Assembly (NCBI GenBank): GCA_018398765.1
Contig: JAHBMJ010000356.1
Coordinates: 1-49,661, forward strand
DNA from: Chromera velia
Lineage: Eukaryota
Reading direction: 5' to 3'
Length of the DNA: 49,661 nt
Each line of letters starts with the position of its first letter. The first letter of the stretch is position 1. A program made the translations under genes and the position numbers. Positions 10,722 through 23,173 of the stretch are shown piece by piece. Under the pieces are notes generated by a model. That model was not told where the DNA came from, did no database searches, and saw nothing but the letters and a program-made list of their open reading frames with translations.

Positions 10722-13059
10722 ATGGCCACCACGATGAATCCCGAGCAGGAAATTGACGAGCTTGTCAACAAGACCGCATCCGCTCAAAAGAAGTACGCCA
10801 GCTTTACCCAAGAGCAGGTCGATGTCATCTTCCGAATGGCGGCCTCTGCAGCTGCGGCTGCCCGCATTCCGCTTGCCAAGATGGCGGCGCAAGAGACAGG
10901 AATGGGGGTGATGGAAGATAAGGTGATCAAGAATCAGGTCCGTCCATCTGAGTGTAGGTAAGAGAGCGTCTCCCACAGTTGACTCGCCCTCTCCTCAATC
11001 ATTTGAATTCTTTCGACTGATGCAGCTCCTTCCTCCGCTGTTTCACTTGTACCCATTCTCTCTTTCCGTGTACGTATACGTACCAAGGTTGCATACGGTG
11101 CCCAAATTTTTGCAGTTCGCCTCCGAGTACATCTACAACACCTACAAGGACACGCAGACTTGCGGGGTAGTGGAGGACGATCGGAGCTTCGGGTTCATGA
11201 GGGTGGCAGAGCCGGTGGGACTCGTTGCGGGGGTGACCCCCACGACCAACCCGACCTCGACTGCGATCTTCAAGTCTCTCCTGGCACTCAAGACACGCAA
11301 CGGCATCATCTTCTGCCCCCATCCGAGGGCGAAGAAGTGCACTGCAGAGGCGTGCAGAATCGTGCATGACGCTGCTGTGAAGGCGGGGGCGCCGGAAGGC
11401 ATCGTCACGTGTGTGACCACTCCCTCAGCTGCCCTGTCTGCAGCCCTGATGCGACACCCGAAGATCAATCTGATTCTGGCCACAGGCGGCCCCGGGATGG
11501 TGCGCGCTGCGTACTCGTCTGGAAAACCAGCGATCGGTGTGGGTGCGGGGAACACGCCGGTCCTGATTGACGAGACGGCAGACCTGAAGATGGCCATCAG
11601 CTCTGTGCTCATCTCGAAGACATTCGACAATGGAATGATCTGTGCAAGCGAGCAGGTTGGTGGGGCACGTTGTCGGGCTTTCAGAGGGTGTGTGCGCATT
11701 TGTGCATGCGAAGTGGTGGAGGTGCACCTTTGTCTGCTTGCCAATATGGAGGAATGTGTCCACTCTGACCGTCTCTTTTTTGCTGGACTTGCTCTCACCT
11801 CTGTTTGAGTGTTTCGTCCTCTTCCTTGTACCCCTTCAGTCGACTGTCGTCCGTGCCCTTCGGTTCTTCCCTTTTTTTCTGGATGACAAAACTTCTTTCG
11901 TCCTTTTTTTTTTTTCTCCCCCCCCCTGTTGCAGTCGATCGTCGTCTGCAGTGAGGTGTACGACGAGGCCGTGAGGGAGTTTGAGGCTAGAGGGGCTGTG
12001 TTCGTGAAGGGAGACGCTAAGGCGAAACTGGCAGAACTGGTGATCATCGACGACCACCTGAACGCTGCCATCGTGGGGCAGGTCTGTCTGTCTGGTCCTT
12101 CTGCCTGTGTTTGTTTCTGTAGTTTTTCTTTCTTCTTTGTATCTCTCTCTCCCTCTCCCTCTCTCTTTGTCGGCCTCTTTCATGCTTACCCTGTCCCCTT
12201 TGCAGTCTTCATCCCACAGTTACCCTCCCGCGCTTTCTGATGGAATCCAGCGGATCGATACATCGGCTTTCGACTGCTCTCTCCTTTGCTCTCTGACTTC
12301 GCTCTTCGCTGTTCGAGCCCTTCTCTCTCTCCCTCTCCACATGCTTTTGTTTGTTCATTGATGGTCACGCACGCAGCCTGCAACGAAGATCGCCGAGATG
12401 GCAGGAATCACCGACTGTCCTCCCTACGCTAAGGTCCTCATCGCAGAGGTGGAAGAGGTCAGTTCGTTCGTGTGTGGGAGGGATGGTCGGTGTGCCCCTC
12501 CTTCTCCGCGACGCTTTTTCGAGTGAGTTGTTCAGTCAGTCCTGAAGCGACACATCCAAGCAAGACTTGCAGACTTCTTCCCTGGTTCCGTGGTTTTCCA
12601 TGTTTCAATCTCTTCACCCCCCCCTTCCTGCAGCAGGCCTACCCCCTGATGGTATTCGCACTCCAAGCAGCCCTTCGCTCCCTGCAAACATCTCTCTCTA
12701 TTTCTCTCTGCCTTTTGCCGCCATTTCCCCTTTCTTCCGGTGAATGTGAGTTCGTGAGTCTGTTTGTAGACATGTGTCTATGTGTGTCTACCTCATTGCA
12801 GGTCGGGCCGAACGAGCCCCTCTCTTTCGAGAAGCTCTCGCCTGTTCTGGGAATGTACAAGTGAGTTCTGGCAGTCTCGCGTGTTGCTTTTACCTCATTT
12901 GAAATCTTGTTCGGTGTGGAGCGAAATGAAATGGACCGACGCACTTTTGCTGGCATTCCTGTTTCCTCTTCCTCTCTCACCGCTTGAGCTTGCTGGTACG
13001 AGGCATATGTCCCTCTCTCTCTCTCTCTCTCTCTCCCTCCCTCCCTCTCCCCCTCTCCC

Positions 13060-13099
<40 letters not shown>

Positions 13100-13110
13100 T
13101 CTCTCTCTCC

Positions 13111-13148
<38 letters not shown>

Positions 13149-14569
13149 ATTCACACCCCTCGTCCTTTCTACTGCCTGTATCCGTGCGAGCAAGCAGGGC
13201 GAGGGACTTCCAGCACGCCCTGGAGATCTCCAAAGCTCTGGTTGCCTTCGGGGGCTCTGGACACACCTCCGTCCTCTACACGGACCCCGCGAGGTCTGAT
13301 CGGGTGGCGGTTTTCCACGATCTGATGACTGCAGGCCAGGAGGGGAAAGAGGGAGAGGAGGGGGCTTTCATTTGCTTTATCTTCTCTTAGCTTTTTTAAA
13401 ATTTCTGTAAATATTCTATCGTCTCCACTGAGTATTTACACCTTGCCGGCCATTTCTTCTCGCTTCACCTGGAGGATTCCGTTTTCCTTGAAATTTTGTT
13501 CTGAAATTTTGCGTGTGAATCCTTTCTCCCTGGCCGCATTGTTTGACGACTGCAGGGCGCATTCTGATCAACATGCCTGCATCCCAAGGTGCCATCGGAG
13601 ACGTGTTCAACTTCCGTCTGCCCCCCTCTCTGACCCTTGGGTGCGGATCTTGGGGAGGCAACTCTGTGTCTGAGAACATCGGTGTGAAGCATCTGCTGAA
13701 CTACAAGAGCGTGGCCGAGAGACGGGAGAACATGCTTTGGTTCAGAGTGCCTCCCCGTGTGTACTTCAAGCAAGGTGCCCTCAGGTTGGGGTTGGAGGAG
13801 ATGGCTGGGTCCAAGACGCGGGCCGTCATCATCACCGACAAGGCGATGGTGGAGTTGGGATTCGTGAAGAAGGTCCAGCACGTCCTCGACTCGCTTGACA
13901 TCAAGAACAGGTAGGGGGGTGCTTGATCTATGGACTGATCCAACTGAATGATTAGAAAGAGTCATGTAAGGCCCGCCTCCGCTTTTCTTTCTCTTCACTT
14001 CATTTATTTTTGCAGGACCTGGTCTGACGTGAAACCCGACCCGGACATTCAGGACATCAAAAGAGCCCTCGACTACATTCACGACTTCGAGCCTGACCTC
14101 TTCGTGGCCGTCGGGGGGGGATCTCCGATCGATGCCTCCAAGTTGATCTGGTTGATGTATGAACAGCCGACTCTCAGGTCGGTTGGTTGATGGGGGCTGA
14201 AGGTGATTGCGCGTGTTGCCGAACACTGACCAGATCGTTTGAAATGACCTTTTCTTCGTTTAACTTCCCACGGGAGACGCGCTTTGTGCTGATGGGGTTC
14301 ATCCTCTCTTTCTCTTTCAGTTGACGTCGGCGCACCCTCTCCTCTTTCATGCATGCTCCAGAGTCCTCGTTTGTGTCGTTGGTTGTTTCTGTTCATGTCC
14401 TGCTTGCCTGTCTGTCTGCCTGCCTGCAGATTCCAGGACATCGCCCTCCGTTTCATGGACATTCGAAAGAGGATCATCAAGATCCCCGACTTGGGACAGA
14501 AGGCAACGCTGGTGGCAATTCCAACAACATCAGGAACTGGATCTGAGGTGGGATCGATGCAAGGGGTTT

Positions 14570-14601
<32 letters not shown>

Positions 14602-16523
14602 TGTTTGTTTCTTTCCTTTGAAAATGGGATAGCAGAGAAAGGAAGAGAAGTGTATAAAAAGGGAAGAGAGACATCCATTCTGTCCAGAGAGCGAGCTCGG
14701 CCGGTGAGTGAGAGAATATCTTAACAATCCATAAGTGCGTTGAAAAGTGGTGGATTTCTTTTCCTGTCTACTTTCTCATTTTCCGGTCCCTTCTTCTTCT
14801 CAGTTGTCTTCTTTCATCATCTTTCAGCATCTGCCCTGTTCTCTTGCTGTGGGTCGACTTTTTTTTCTCTGCGCAGCCACGCTGCATCTCTCATAGACCC
14901 CTCGTGGGATGACGTCAACAAACGCATTGATTCATGCCCATTTCATGCCTGCAGGTGACCCCCTTCACCGTCATCACCGACAACGAGACCCACTGCAAGT
15001 ACCCCCTGGCAGACTACGCCCTCACCCCCAACATGGCCATTGTCGACCCGGAGCTGGTCATGACGATGCCCAAGAGGTCAGGTCCCTCCGTCGGGCAGTG
15101 GGGGGTTGTAGCAAGGAGGGAGGGAGGAAGTGAGAAGGGAGGAACATGAACCAAAGAACATGGAAATGCCGTCAGAGGTCCAAGTCCAGTGCGGTCGAAG
15201 AAGATTGCACTTTTTTCCCCTGCGCACAATGTGCAACTGGATACGTTTTGTTGCCATCCACGAATATCTCTCGCTTTAATTTCTTTTCTCTGTTTTGTTA
15301 GCTCCTTTCCCCTCTTTCTGACTGCCGTCTGATTGTTGCCCCCCCCGCCTTTGCTATATACTCGCTTTCTCCTCCTCTCTCCGTGTGCAGTCTGTGCGCC
15401 TGGAGCGGCATCGACGCGTTGACGCACGCCCTGGAGTGTTACGTGTCCGTGCTGGCGACTCACTTCACAGACGGGCACTGCATCCACGCGATGGAGTTGA
15501 TCTTCAAATACCTGGAGAGGTCCTACAAACAGGGGGCCAAGGACCCGGAAGCAAGGGAGAACATGCACTACGCAGCAACAATCGCAGGTCGGTCCGTTGC
15601 TTGGGTCGGGCAAGTGGTGTGCTCGTCTGGAGGTTGTTGGGGGGGGCAGGTGGTCCGGGGGCTTTGGGTGAGGCCCCTGGGTGCGAAGAGAGAGCTTTTC
15701 TGGCCCTTGTCTCTTGCTGTATCTTTTTTGTGCCAGTACTGTCTGATTGTTGGGCCGCACAAATTCTGGCGTTCCGTTTTCGGAAAATAAAAAAATAATT
15801 TGAAAGAAACCAAATCAATCAGCGTATCCCTTATTCCCCTGAGTGCAGGCATGGCGTTTGCCAACGGATTCCTCGGAGTCTGCCACTCCATGGCCCACCA
15901 GCTTGGAGGGTCTCTGAGAATCCCCCACGGTCTGGCGAATGCGATGCTCCTCCCTTACGTGATCCGGTCTGTTGCTGAGGGAGGGGGGGAGGGAGGGAGG
16001 ATCAAGCGCTGGGGGGAGTCTTCTCGGTTTCTGACTGTTTTGCCAAGTTCTCCTCTTTACTATTTTTTCTGAGAAAGTGCACTTTTTGACGTTTTTCTGT
16101 CGCGGCTTTTCCACATGACGCTTACCCACAAAATGCAACAACACAAACCCACACACACACTATAAATATATGCAGGTACAACGCCACCGACATGCCCACC
16201 AAGCAGGGGCTGATGCCTCAGTACAAATACCCGGATGCGCTGCACAGGTAGGCAGGCAGGCATGCCGTGTGAGTGGAGGGGAGGGAGGGGATCGTTCAGC
16301 GAGAGACGGGGCAGCCAGCATCTGGCTTAGGACAGTGGAAGGAGGCAGAGGCAGTCAAACCAGACAGGGAGAAACAGAAACGTACGTCTGCAAGGCGACT
16401 CTTCCTTTTCTGTCTTGTTGTGGGAGTGCGTGTGGACAGGGAAGGAAAGAAGTCGTGTTGGTGACTTTCGGGGCCGCAGGGAGCTGGAGGATGAACGGGA
16501 GCCTCTCTTTCTCTCTCTCTCTG

Positions 16524-16574
<51 letters not shown>

Positions 16575-17535
16575 CCCTCTCCCTCTTTCCCTCTCCCTCT
16601 CTTTCTCTGTCTCTCTCGGTATGTGTACGTGTATGTGTGTACGCGTACGTGTATGAGAAGGTGCGAGTGTAATTCCTGGCGGATGCATCAAGGAGGTGCT
16701 TTTTCTGTTTGGCTTATTGTCCGATGACTTCTTCTCCGGAGAAGATTCTCTTCGCTCTCTGAATAGCTGAAGTTGATAGTCTTTTCTTTTCTTCCTCTCA
16801 TCATTCATGTGCTTCTTTCTTTCTTTGCAGGTACGCAGAGGTTGTGGACACCCTAAAGTTGGGGCCCTCAAACTTGAGGAGCGACCAGGAGAAGGTGGAC
16901 GTCCTCATTGAGGCGGTGCAGGTGGGTGGAATGGGCGGAGGGAAGGGGGGGGGCAGGAACAGAAGACAGAAGTGGCAAGGGGAGCAGAGTTGAGACTCTT
17001 CAATTTAGCTGGCAGAAAGACGAAGGAAACTAACGCAATCGTGATGCGCTGAGAGACAGCAGGGATCTCCTCCATTCAAGCACGCAGGGAGGGAACGAGA
17101 GACAAGAGATCCACTTGTTGCTTGAATTTGCTTCTTTGGGCATGCTCAGGGAGGGCGCTCTGTGTTCGTTCATCCTCGCACCTGTCCCCTCCCACCGCCC
17201 TCTCTCTCCAGAGATATCTGAAATCGGAGCATGCATGTTGAATCCTTCCTGCTTTCCTACTTACTAGGTCAAAAGCTTCATTTTTATCCTGCATTTTGTT
17301 TGTTCTTTCCTCTCTTCTCCCTCCCTCCCCGTGTCTGCAGAACCTGAAGCGTGTGTGCCACGTCCCCCTGTCGATAAAGGACTGGGGGATCGAAGAGGAC
17401 GCCTTCTACGGGGCTCTGGACACGATGGTCGAGAGGGCCTTCGACGATCAGTGCACGGGGGCAAACCCCAGATACCCCCTCCTTCCTGAGATCAGAGAAC
17501 TCTATGAGAAGGCATACAGGGGGGATACGCCCTGA
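10722..17535 (+). CDS. adhE: Bifunctional acetaldehyde-CoA / iron-dependent alcohol dehydrogenase, 15 exons, 869 aa
   Basis: Exons 10722-10937, 11116-11655, 11935-12081, 12377-12457, 12802-12860, 13198-13334, 13556-13910, 14016-14177, 14430-14547, 14955-15076, 15391-15587, 15849-15966, 16176-16247, 16831-16921 and 17341-17535 sum to 2610 nt in one phase-consistent frame. Motifs: [27 protein letters not shown] (catalytic Cys), [60 protein letters not shown] (Fe ligands), DQCTGANPR. Confidence 0.97.
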
Positions 17536-19334
17536 GAGAAACCAAAAGAAGATGGGGAGAAAAGGCGGGGGAGGAGTTTTGCAAGTGGGTAGGCAGGTAG
17601 CGAATGTTTTTTGAGTCATTCAGGCGGAAAGGAGAAGGGAATGGTGGAGAGGGAGAGAGAATCTGTCTAATCGAGTAAGGAGGAGAGGAGGCTAGGTGTA
17701 GCCGAGTCCTACTTTCTTTCTTGTCATTTCTTTCCTAAGTCCTTCCTATCGTTTCTTTCCTTTCAGCTGATGTTAACAATTATTTATTCCTGCATCAATC
17801 ACTTCTTCTTCAATGGAATCCAACGAAGAAAAAGTCCTTGGGGGGCTGCCTGTAGCCCTCCTGCCAGCTTGACTTGTATTTTGAAGAGCAATCAGAAACT
17901 GCACGGGAGAAGGAGACAAAGAAAAAAGAGGCTCATTCGTAGACTGTCAGAGAGAGAAAGAGGGTGAGGGGGGAGAGTGCTCAAAGATTGGCTTTGACTG
18001 CTTGACTCGCTCCCTTTCTTTCTCATGTGTCTTCCTGGCAGATAGGCAGGCAGAGAAAAAGAGAGAGAGAGAGAGAGAATGAAGAGATTCTTTCCTGGTC
18101 AGGAACAGCCGTGGAAGGATTCTTGTTCTTTCGATTTTGCTTTGTATTTCCGGTCCAATTTCTTTTCTTCCTTTTCTTAACTTCGAACTCTAAAAAGAAA
18201 CGTGAATGATGGAGTCCATGTTGAATCAATCTGATCTGATCGGAACGGTTGTTGCTCGCAAGGGGTCAAACAATGGGGAAATAAATGCAGGAGGGGAAGC
18301 GATCGTCTGTTGTCTTCTCATTGAAATCATCCGAAACTGTCGGTCTGGCTCGCAGTCCTTTCAGCCAGTCAGCCTGCCTGTTCCTTCGTTGTTCTCGGGA
18401 TTTGAAGCCCATCGCCGCCTGAAAGCCCATTTCGCATTCCCTCTTGGCCTCCTCCCGCCCTTCCGTCCGTCTGTCTAAGAGTCAGTGGTTGGCGTGCTGA
18501 CAGACCGCTTTTGCCTTTCCCTAATGGGTCTTGTTTGTCGTGGAACTAAGTCTTCCATGCACATCGATGGATCGGTCGATTGACCTTGATGTGCGACGGC
18601 AAAATGTCTGCATGTTCCATGCCTTTGTACCTCAATTGATCGGTCTTTTTGCCGCTGGGCTTGCCGTTGCCTGCCGTATCGTTCTGTTGGTGCAGATTGA
18701 AACAAAGAACTGCCGACCTAGTTGCCAACACTCAGGCTGGCGCTGAGCTAGGCGCTGAGAGTTGAAGATTTCAACAATGTTGAGCTTAAACGTTCTTATA
18801 GTAATTCATCTTATTAAATTTATGTCAAATGTAGTAATTATTGGACCTAGCTTTTAAACATTTTTAAAATTTTAGTATGTACCCTATGAAATTGATACAC
18901 ATTGGAATAAGTTGGTACATGAAATATCCAAATTTTAACATGTAATTGGTATAAATATTTTATAAAAAAAGTTGTAGAGATTGATGATAAGAAGCTTATA
19001 CTTACACCAACAGGCGTTTAAGATCTCTTTTTTTATGTTCATTAACTTTAACCAGGGGTGGACATTAAAGTTTTAAAGTTTTTTTTTGTTAAAGGTTTTT
19101 TTCTCCTCTTCAGACTTTATTTTTAAAAAATATTTTTAAATAAGTTTTTAAATAGGTCCTCATTGACTCCTCAATTGAGTTAGTCATAACTAAACTATAA
19201 TTAAGTAACCTACATAGAAGGTAGCAGAAGCTTAGTCCTAAAGCTCGGTCCATTGAGGCGTAGTCAGGTTTAAATTCATGTCCACATCGGAAATTATCCA
19301 GGAAATTATTAATCATCGGCGACAGAAAAGTTAG

Positions 19335-19634
19335 AGTTGAGACATAGGGTGTCAGTCGTTCCGTCCGTGCATACGCAGGAAGGCCAAGCCGCGGGGCGGG
19401 CCGGGGGCAAGCTGTCGCGCGTGCCCTGGGCCGCAGGTGAATTCGATTAACCGCCGCGCGCGCATTCGATTCAGTGCTGCGCCGCACGAATTTCAGCTCC
19501 GTCGAAATCATTTGACTTCATTGATTACTTCAGGCAACATCTGTTGGACTCTGCGTATGCTCCAGATTCACAAACTTCCCATAAAGAGCTCTGAAGGAAG
19601 AAAGCCGCCATACTCACTACTCTACTCCATTACT
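19335..19634 (+). repeat. 5' LTR (300 bp)
   Basis: AGTTGAGACA...CCATTACT; 8 differences from the 3' LTR by manual alignment. Confidence 0.95.
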
Positions 19635-19696
19635 GCGGTTAACAGGAAGGCTCTTTTCTTGAACTCGTCTTCATCTGCTGATTTGATTCTTCAAGC

Positions 19697-21244
19697 ATGT
19701 TGTCTAGTAACGTATCTTCTTCCTCAGTCACTCCTCTGCGATTTACTGATGATGACCCTCCACAGCATCATCAGATCGCCGATGGCTACGCATACCTGAA
19801 GCTCACCAAGATATGGGCGGAAGGTTATACGACCCTGACTGGTCTCGAGAAACTGTACAAGGTCTTGCATATTTCTTCTTTTACTGCTGGAGACGATGCT
19901 CTCCATGGTTGGATTGAAGAGCTTGCTTCGACGACTGAGGGAGCTGTTCCCCAGAGAACCAGTGGAGAGCAAGACGCAGCGTTCAAAAAGCGTCTCCAGG
20001 ACTGGGCCATCAAGTTTTTGTCTGCACTGGCAGGAGAGCAGGCACTTCTCCCGGAGGATACACAGAAGGAGACGGCCTGGAAGACGTTTGAGAACTTTGA
20101 TGTCCTCGTGAAGGCACTTCCTGTGGATCTGTCTCTAAGAAAGACCGAGGCGGCCTACACTGAGCTTCAGAAGGACTTAAAGGCCAGATCCATCGCTCCT
20201 TCAGACTGGGTGAGTGGATTCAAGTTCTGGGATCTCCATCCTAACGACACAAAGGCACTCGCACGCACGAAGAAGAAGAAGCTGATTGCAGTGGCAGGGA
20301 CTGAACCGGTGGCTCCGAAATACTCTTGGGCGTACCAGAGGGAGATCATTGTGGAGGCACTTCCGACTCTGGACGCGCGCCACACTTGGAATGAGTGGGT
20401 GGCGTCCATGAAGAACGGCGTCCTCCAGATCGTCTCTTCGGCCACCAAGAAGGTAATCGAAATCTCCAAGCACCAGAAGCAGTTCCTTTCCCCTGCAGCC
20501 GGTGGCACAGCTTCTTCTAGCTCTGCCAAGTCACTGGAGTCACTCTTAGACTCTACCAGAACCAATGGGGAGCCAGACTTTGACCGAATGGACCCAGAGC
20601 AGGCCCGTCACTTAGCCAACGTCTCCTAGAACTACAGGAACCACTACAACAAATGGAGATCGAAGCAGAACGAGAGGGATGGCAACAAACGAACTGGAGG
20701 GGGGAAACAGAAGGGTGATTTTAAAGGCGGCTCGCAAGGCTAGCCTGTCCGCCCTGAGAATAAAGCTCAGGATGTACCCTCTGCTCCCGTCTCCAGCCAG
20801 CAGCTGTCTCTCACCGATGCAGACATGAAACGATTAGCGACTACCATGTTGAAGATTCAGCAGGAGAAACAGGACTCTGATGAGAAGAAGAAGACGAGTG
20901 AGAGACCGAAGGAGGAGAGAGTGAGGTTTGCAATGACTACTTATGACATGGAGATATATGAAGTCATGCGCAGGGGTGATGTGGATATGGTCTTCCCCAA
21001 CTCTGATGGTCCGTCTAGCATCTACGATGTCTACGGGTACAATCCTTTCTCTGAGAGGAATGTATTCATATCTGAGTCTGCACCTCTCTTGCATCAGTGT
21101 GGGGAGGGGGAAAAGAATACAGGATCCACAGAAGAAGTCGAGCAGGCAGGCAGACTGACTGAAACAAAAACAGAAAGCTCTGTTTCCCTTTCTTTGAATT
21201 TTGATAAAGAAGCATTCATGGCCCGATTTGCTCAGTTTCTCTGA
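19697..21244 (+). pseudogene. Putative gag-like ORF (~515 codons) with two in-frame TAG stops
   Basis: ORFs 19697-20629 and 20825-21244 are in the same frame, separated only by TAG at 20627 and 20741. A basic Gly/Lys-rich nucleocapsid-like segment is present but no CCHC knuckle. Gag identity is inferred from position. Confidence 0.6.
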
Positions 21245-21589
21245 ATGAGTCGCTGCCTGGTTTCTTTCTTTCCTTTTATTATTCCAGTAATGTGAAGCAC
21301 TGAAAGGCATCAGACAGGCAGGACGAAAGAGGCAGACCAGAGATAGGTAGACTTAAAGAGGCAGACCGGAGTCAACTGATCTTGTGATGTCTAGCCCTCT
21401 ACCTTATTCTTGTGATGTCTAGCCCTCTGCCTCCCTGCATTCCTTTTGTGTTACTCTTTCTTATCGAGACTGGCTGACAAGGGAAAGTAAGAAAGGGCTT
21501 CATTGGCTCAGATAGTTAGAGCAAACGGCTGTGTTAACTTAGTTTCGCTTCCGTTTCTCCCTTTGCATAGAAACGAAATCGAGGGGGGG

Positions 21590-21889
21590 AGTTGAGACAT
21601 AGGGTGTCAGTCATTCCGTCCGTGCACACGCAGGAAGGCCAAGCCGCGGGGCGGGCCGGGGGCAAGCTGTCGCGCGTGCCCTGGGCCGCAGGTGAATTCG
21701 ATTAACCGCCGCGCGCGCATTCGATTCAGTGCCGTGCCGCGCGAATTTCAGCTCCGTCGAAATCATTTGACTTCATTGATTACTTCAGGCAACATCTGTT
21801 GGACTCTGCGTATGCTCCAGATTCACAAACTTCCCATAAAGAGCTCTGAAGGAAGAAAGCCACCACACTCACTACTCTATTCCATTACT
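21590..21889 (+). repeat. 3' LTR (300 bp)
   Basis: Direct repeat of 19335-19634, preceded by the polypurine tract. Confidence 0.95.
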
Positions 21890-23173
21890 GTTAGCGAAAA
21901 AGATAAGTTAGTTAGAGTCAAAAAACATGACAAAAAGAACTTTAAGATGAGAGCGGGACTTTATGAGCAACGATAGAAATGAAATCAACTTCTCTAGCAA
22001 CGTCTCCTAGATCAACTTTCACATGTTTACTTGCATGTTTACTTTTAAAATTAAAGTTTTAAAGATTTTTAAAGTTAAAGTTTAAAGTTTTTCAGGCAGA
22101 CTATATTATAAAAAAAACTTTAGTGCCCACTCCTAGAACTTTAAAGACTTTAAAATAGGATTTTGTAAGTGAAAAAAAAATATTTTTGAAATTGGTGTCT
22201 TTAGAACATGTTTCAATTTTTCCTAATTTAAAATGTCCTTATTTATGTACCAATTTATACCTATTTGTACCAATTTTGTATTAAATTACTACCACTTCTA
22301 AATTATGTTTTTTTTTTTCCCCAGTAAAACTAAAGTAGTTACTAAAGCGGTTTTTTAATCGTGTTACAAGTTTTTAGTGAGAATAATTGATTGATTGATG
22401 CCAAACCCTAGGTGGAGTTAGAACTCCCGGGCGGCGTATACATGTATAGGTCTGTCCAATTATGCCAGCTGCAAGCTGAGTGGACGACAGTTATTCGAAC
22501 TTAATCTAACCAATCATTTACTACAATATGATGAGAAATTATAAAGAGCAGAGAGGGTTGAGAGCGCAAGAGCAATGTGATGAACTTGCGAACCCCCAGA
22601 TCAGAAAAGGAGGCGGATGCAAAGGGTGAGTCATAACGAGTGAAGCGGTCTGATTGAATTAATGCCAACAACTGCAAAAAGCCTTGTTCGGCAGTCCATT
22701 GGGGGCAGACAGAGAGCCGATGAATAAAATCATCTACACACTGGCAGCAGGCTTCATAGGTGCACAGCTTTCTATCAGAGCAACCAACAGGTAGCCCACC
22801 TTGCCCGCCCATCGGGTTGTATGTCAGCATGCGCAAAAAAGAAAAGATCGAGCCATTTGTAACCGACAGGGCAGAACGGGGAAGGGCAGAGACGGAAGGA
22901 ACACTGGAGGACGACTTGCTGCACAAAAGGAAGACAAACATACGGCGGGAGGATGGGAAGTCATGCTGCAGAGGGGTGAGTCTAGTAAGGAGGGGAAAGT
23001 AAAAGGAAGATTGAATATGATGTTTAAAGTTGAAAAAAGGAAGGCGGAGGTGGGCGGAGGCCTATATGTGAGGCCGCCGTAATACGGACCGGCGACAGCC
23101 TATGTGTTTACAGAATGCCGCACGCCTTGCAGACGTGTGCGCGCCGCCCCCGTGCATGCAACCCAGACGGATC

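Larger units (their letters stand above)
19335..21889 (+). mobile_element. Non-autonomous (pol-less) LTR retroelement with AGT...ACT LTR termini
   Basis: Two 300-bp direct repeats. 5-bp TSD GTTAG at 19330-19334 and 21890-21894. Polypurine tract GAGGGGGGG (21581-21589) abuts the 3' LTR. One internal ORF and no RT, integrase or RNase H motifs. Confidence 0.92.
19052..22136. mobile_element. ~525-bp MITE with 8-bp TSD, interrupted by the LTR element at 19335-21889
   Basis: TIR CCAGGGGTGGACATTAAAGTTTT versus the reverse complement of 22114-22136, CTAGGAGTGGGCACTAAAGTTTT (19/23; all four mismatches are transitions). Exact TSD AACTTTAA at 19044-19051 and 22137-22144. Confidence 0.85.

Noticed and set aside
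11142..12071. Long antisense ORFs over adhE, the RAP gene and pol
   Set aside because: They are shadow frames of GC-rich coding sequence with no motifs.
13061..13097. Poly-C tract or poly-Pro/Gly ORFs
   Set aside because: It is an intronic homopolymer within adhE intron 5, and its length is unreliable.
10722..17535. Bacterial contamination suggested by adhE
   Set aside because: The gene has 14 spliceosomal introns with microsatellites and lies among eukaryotic transposons.
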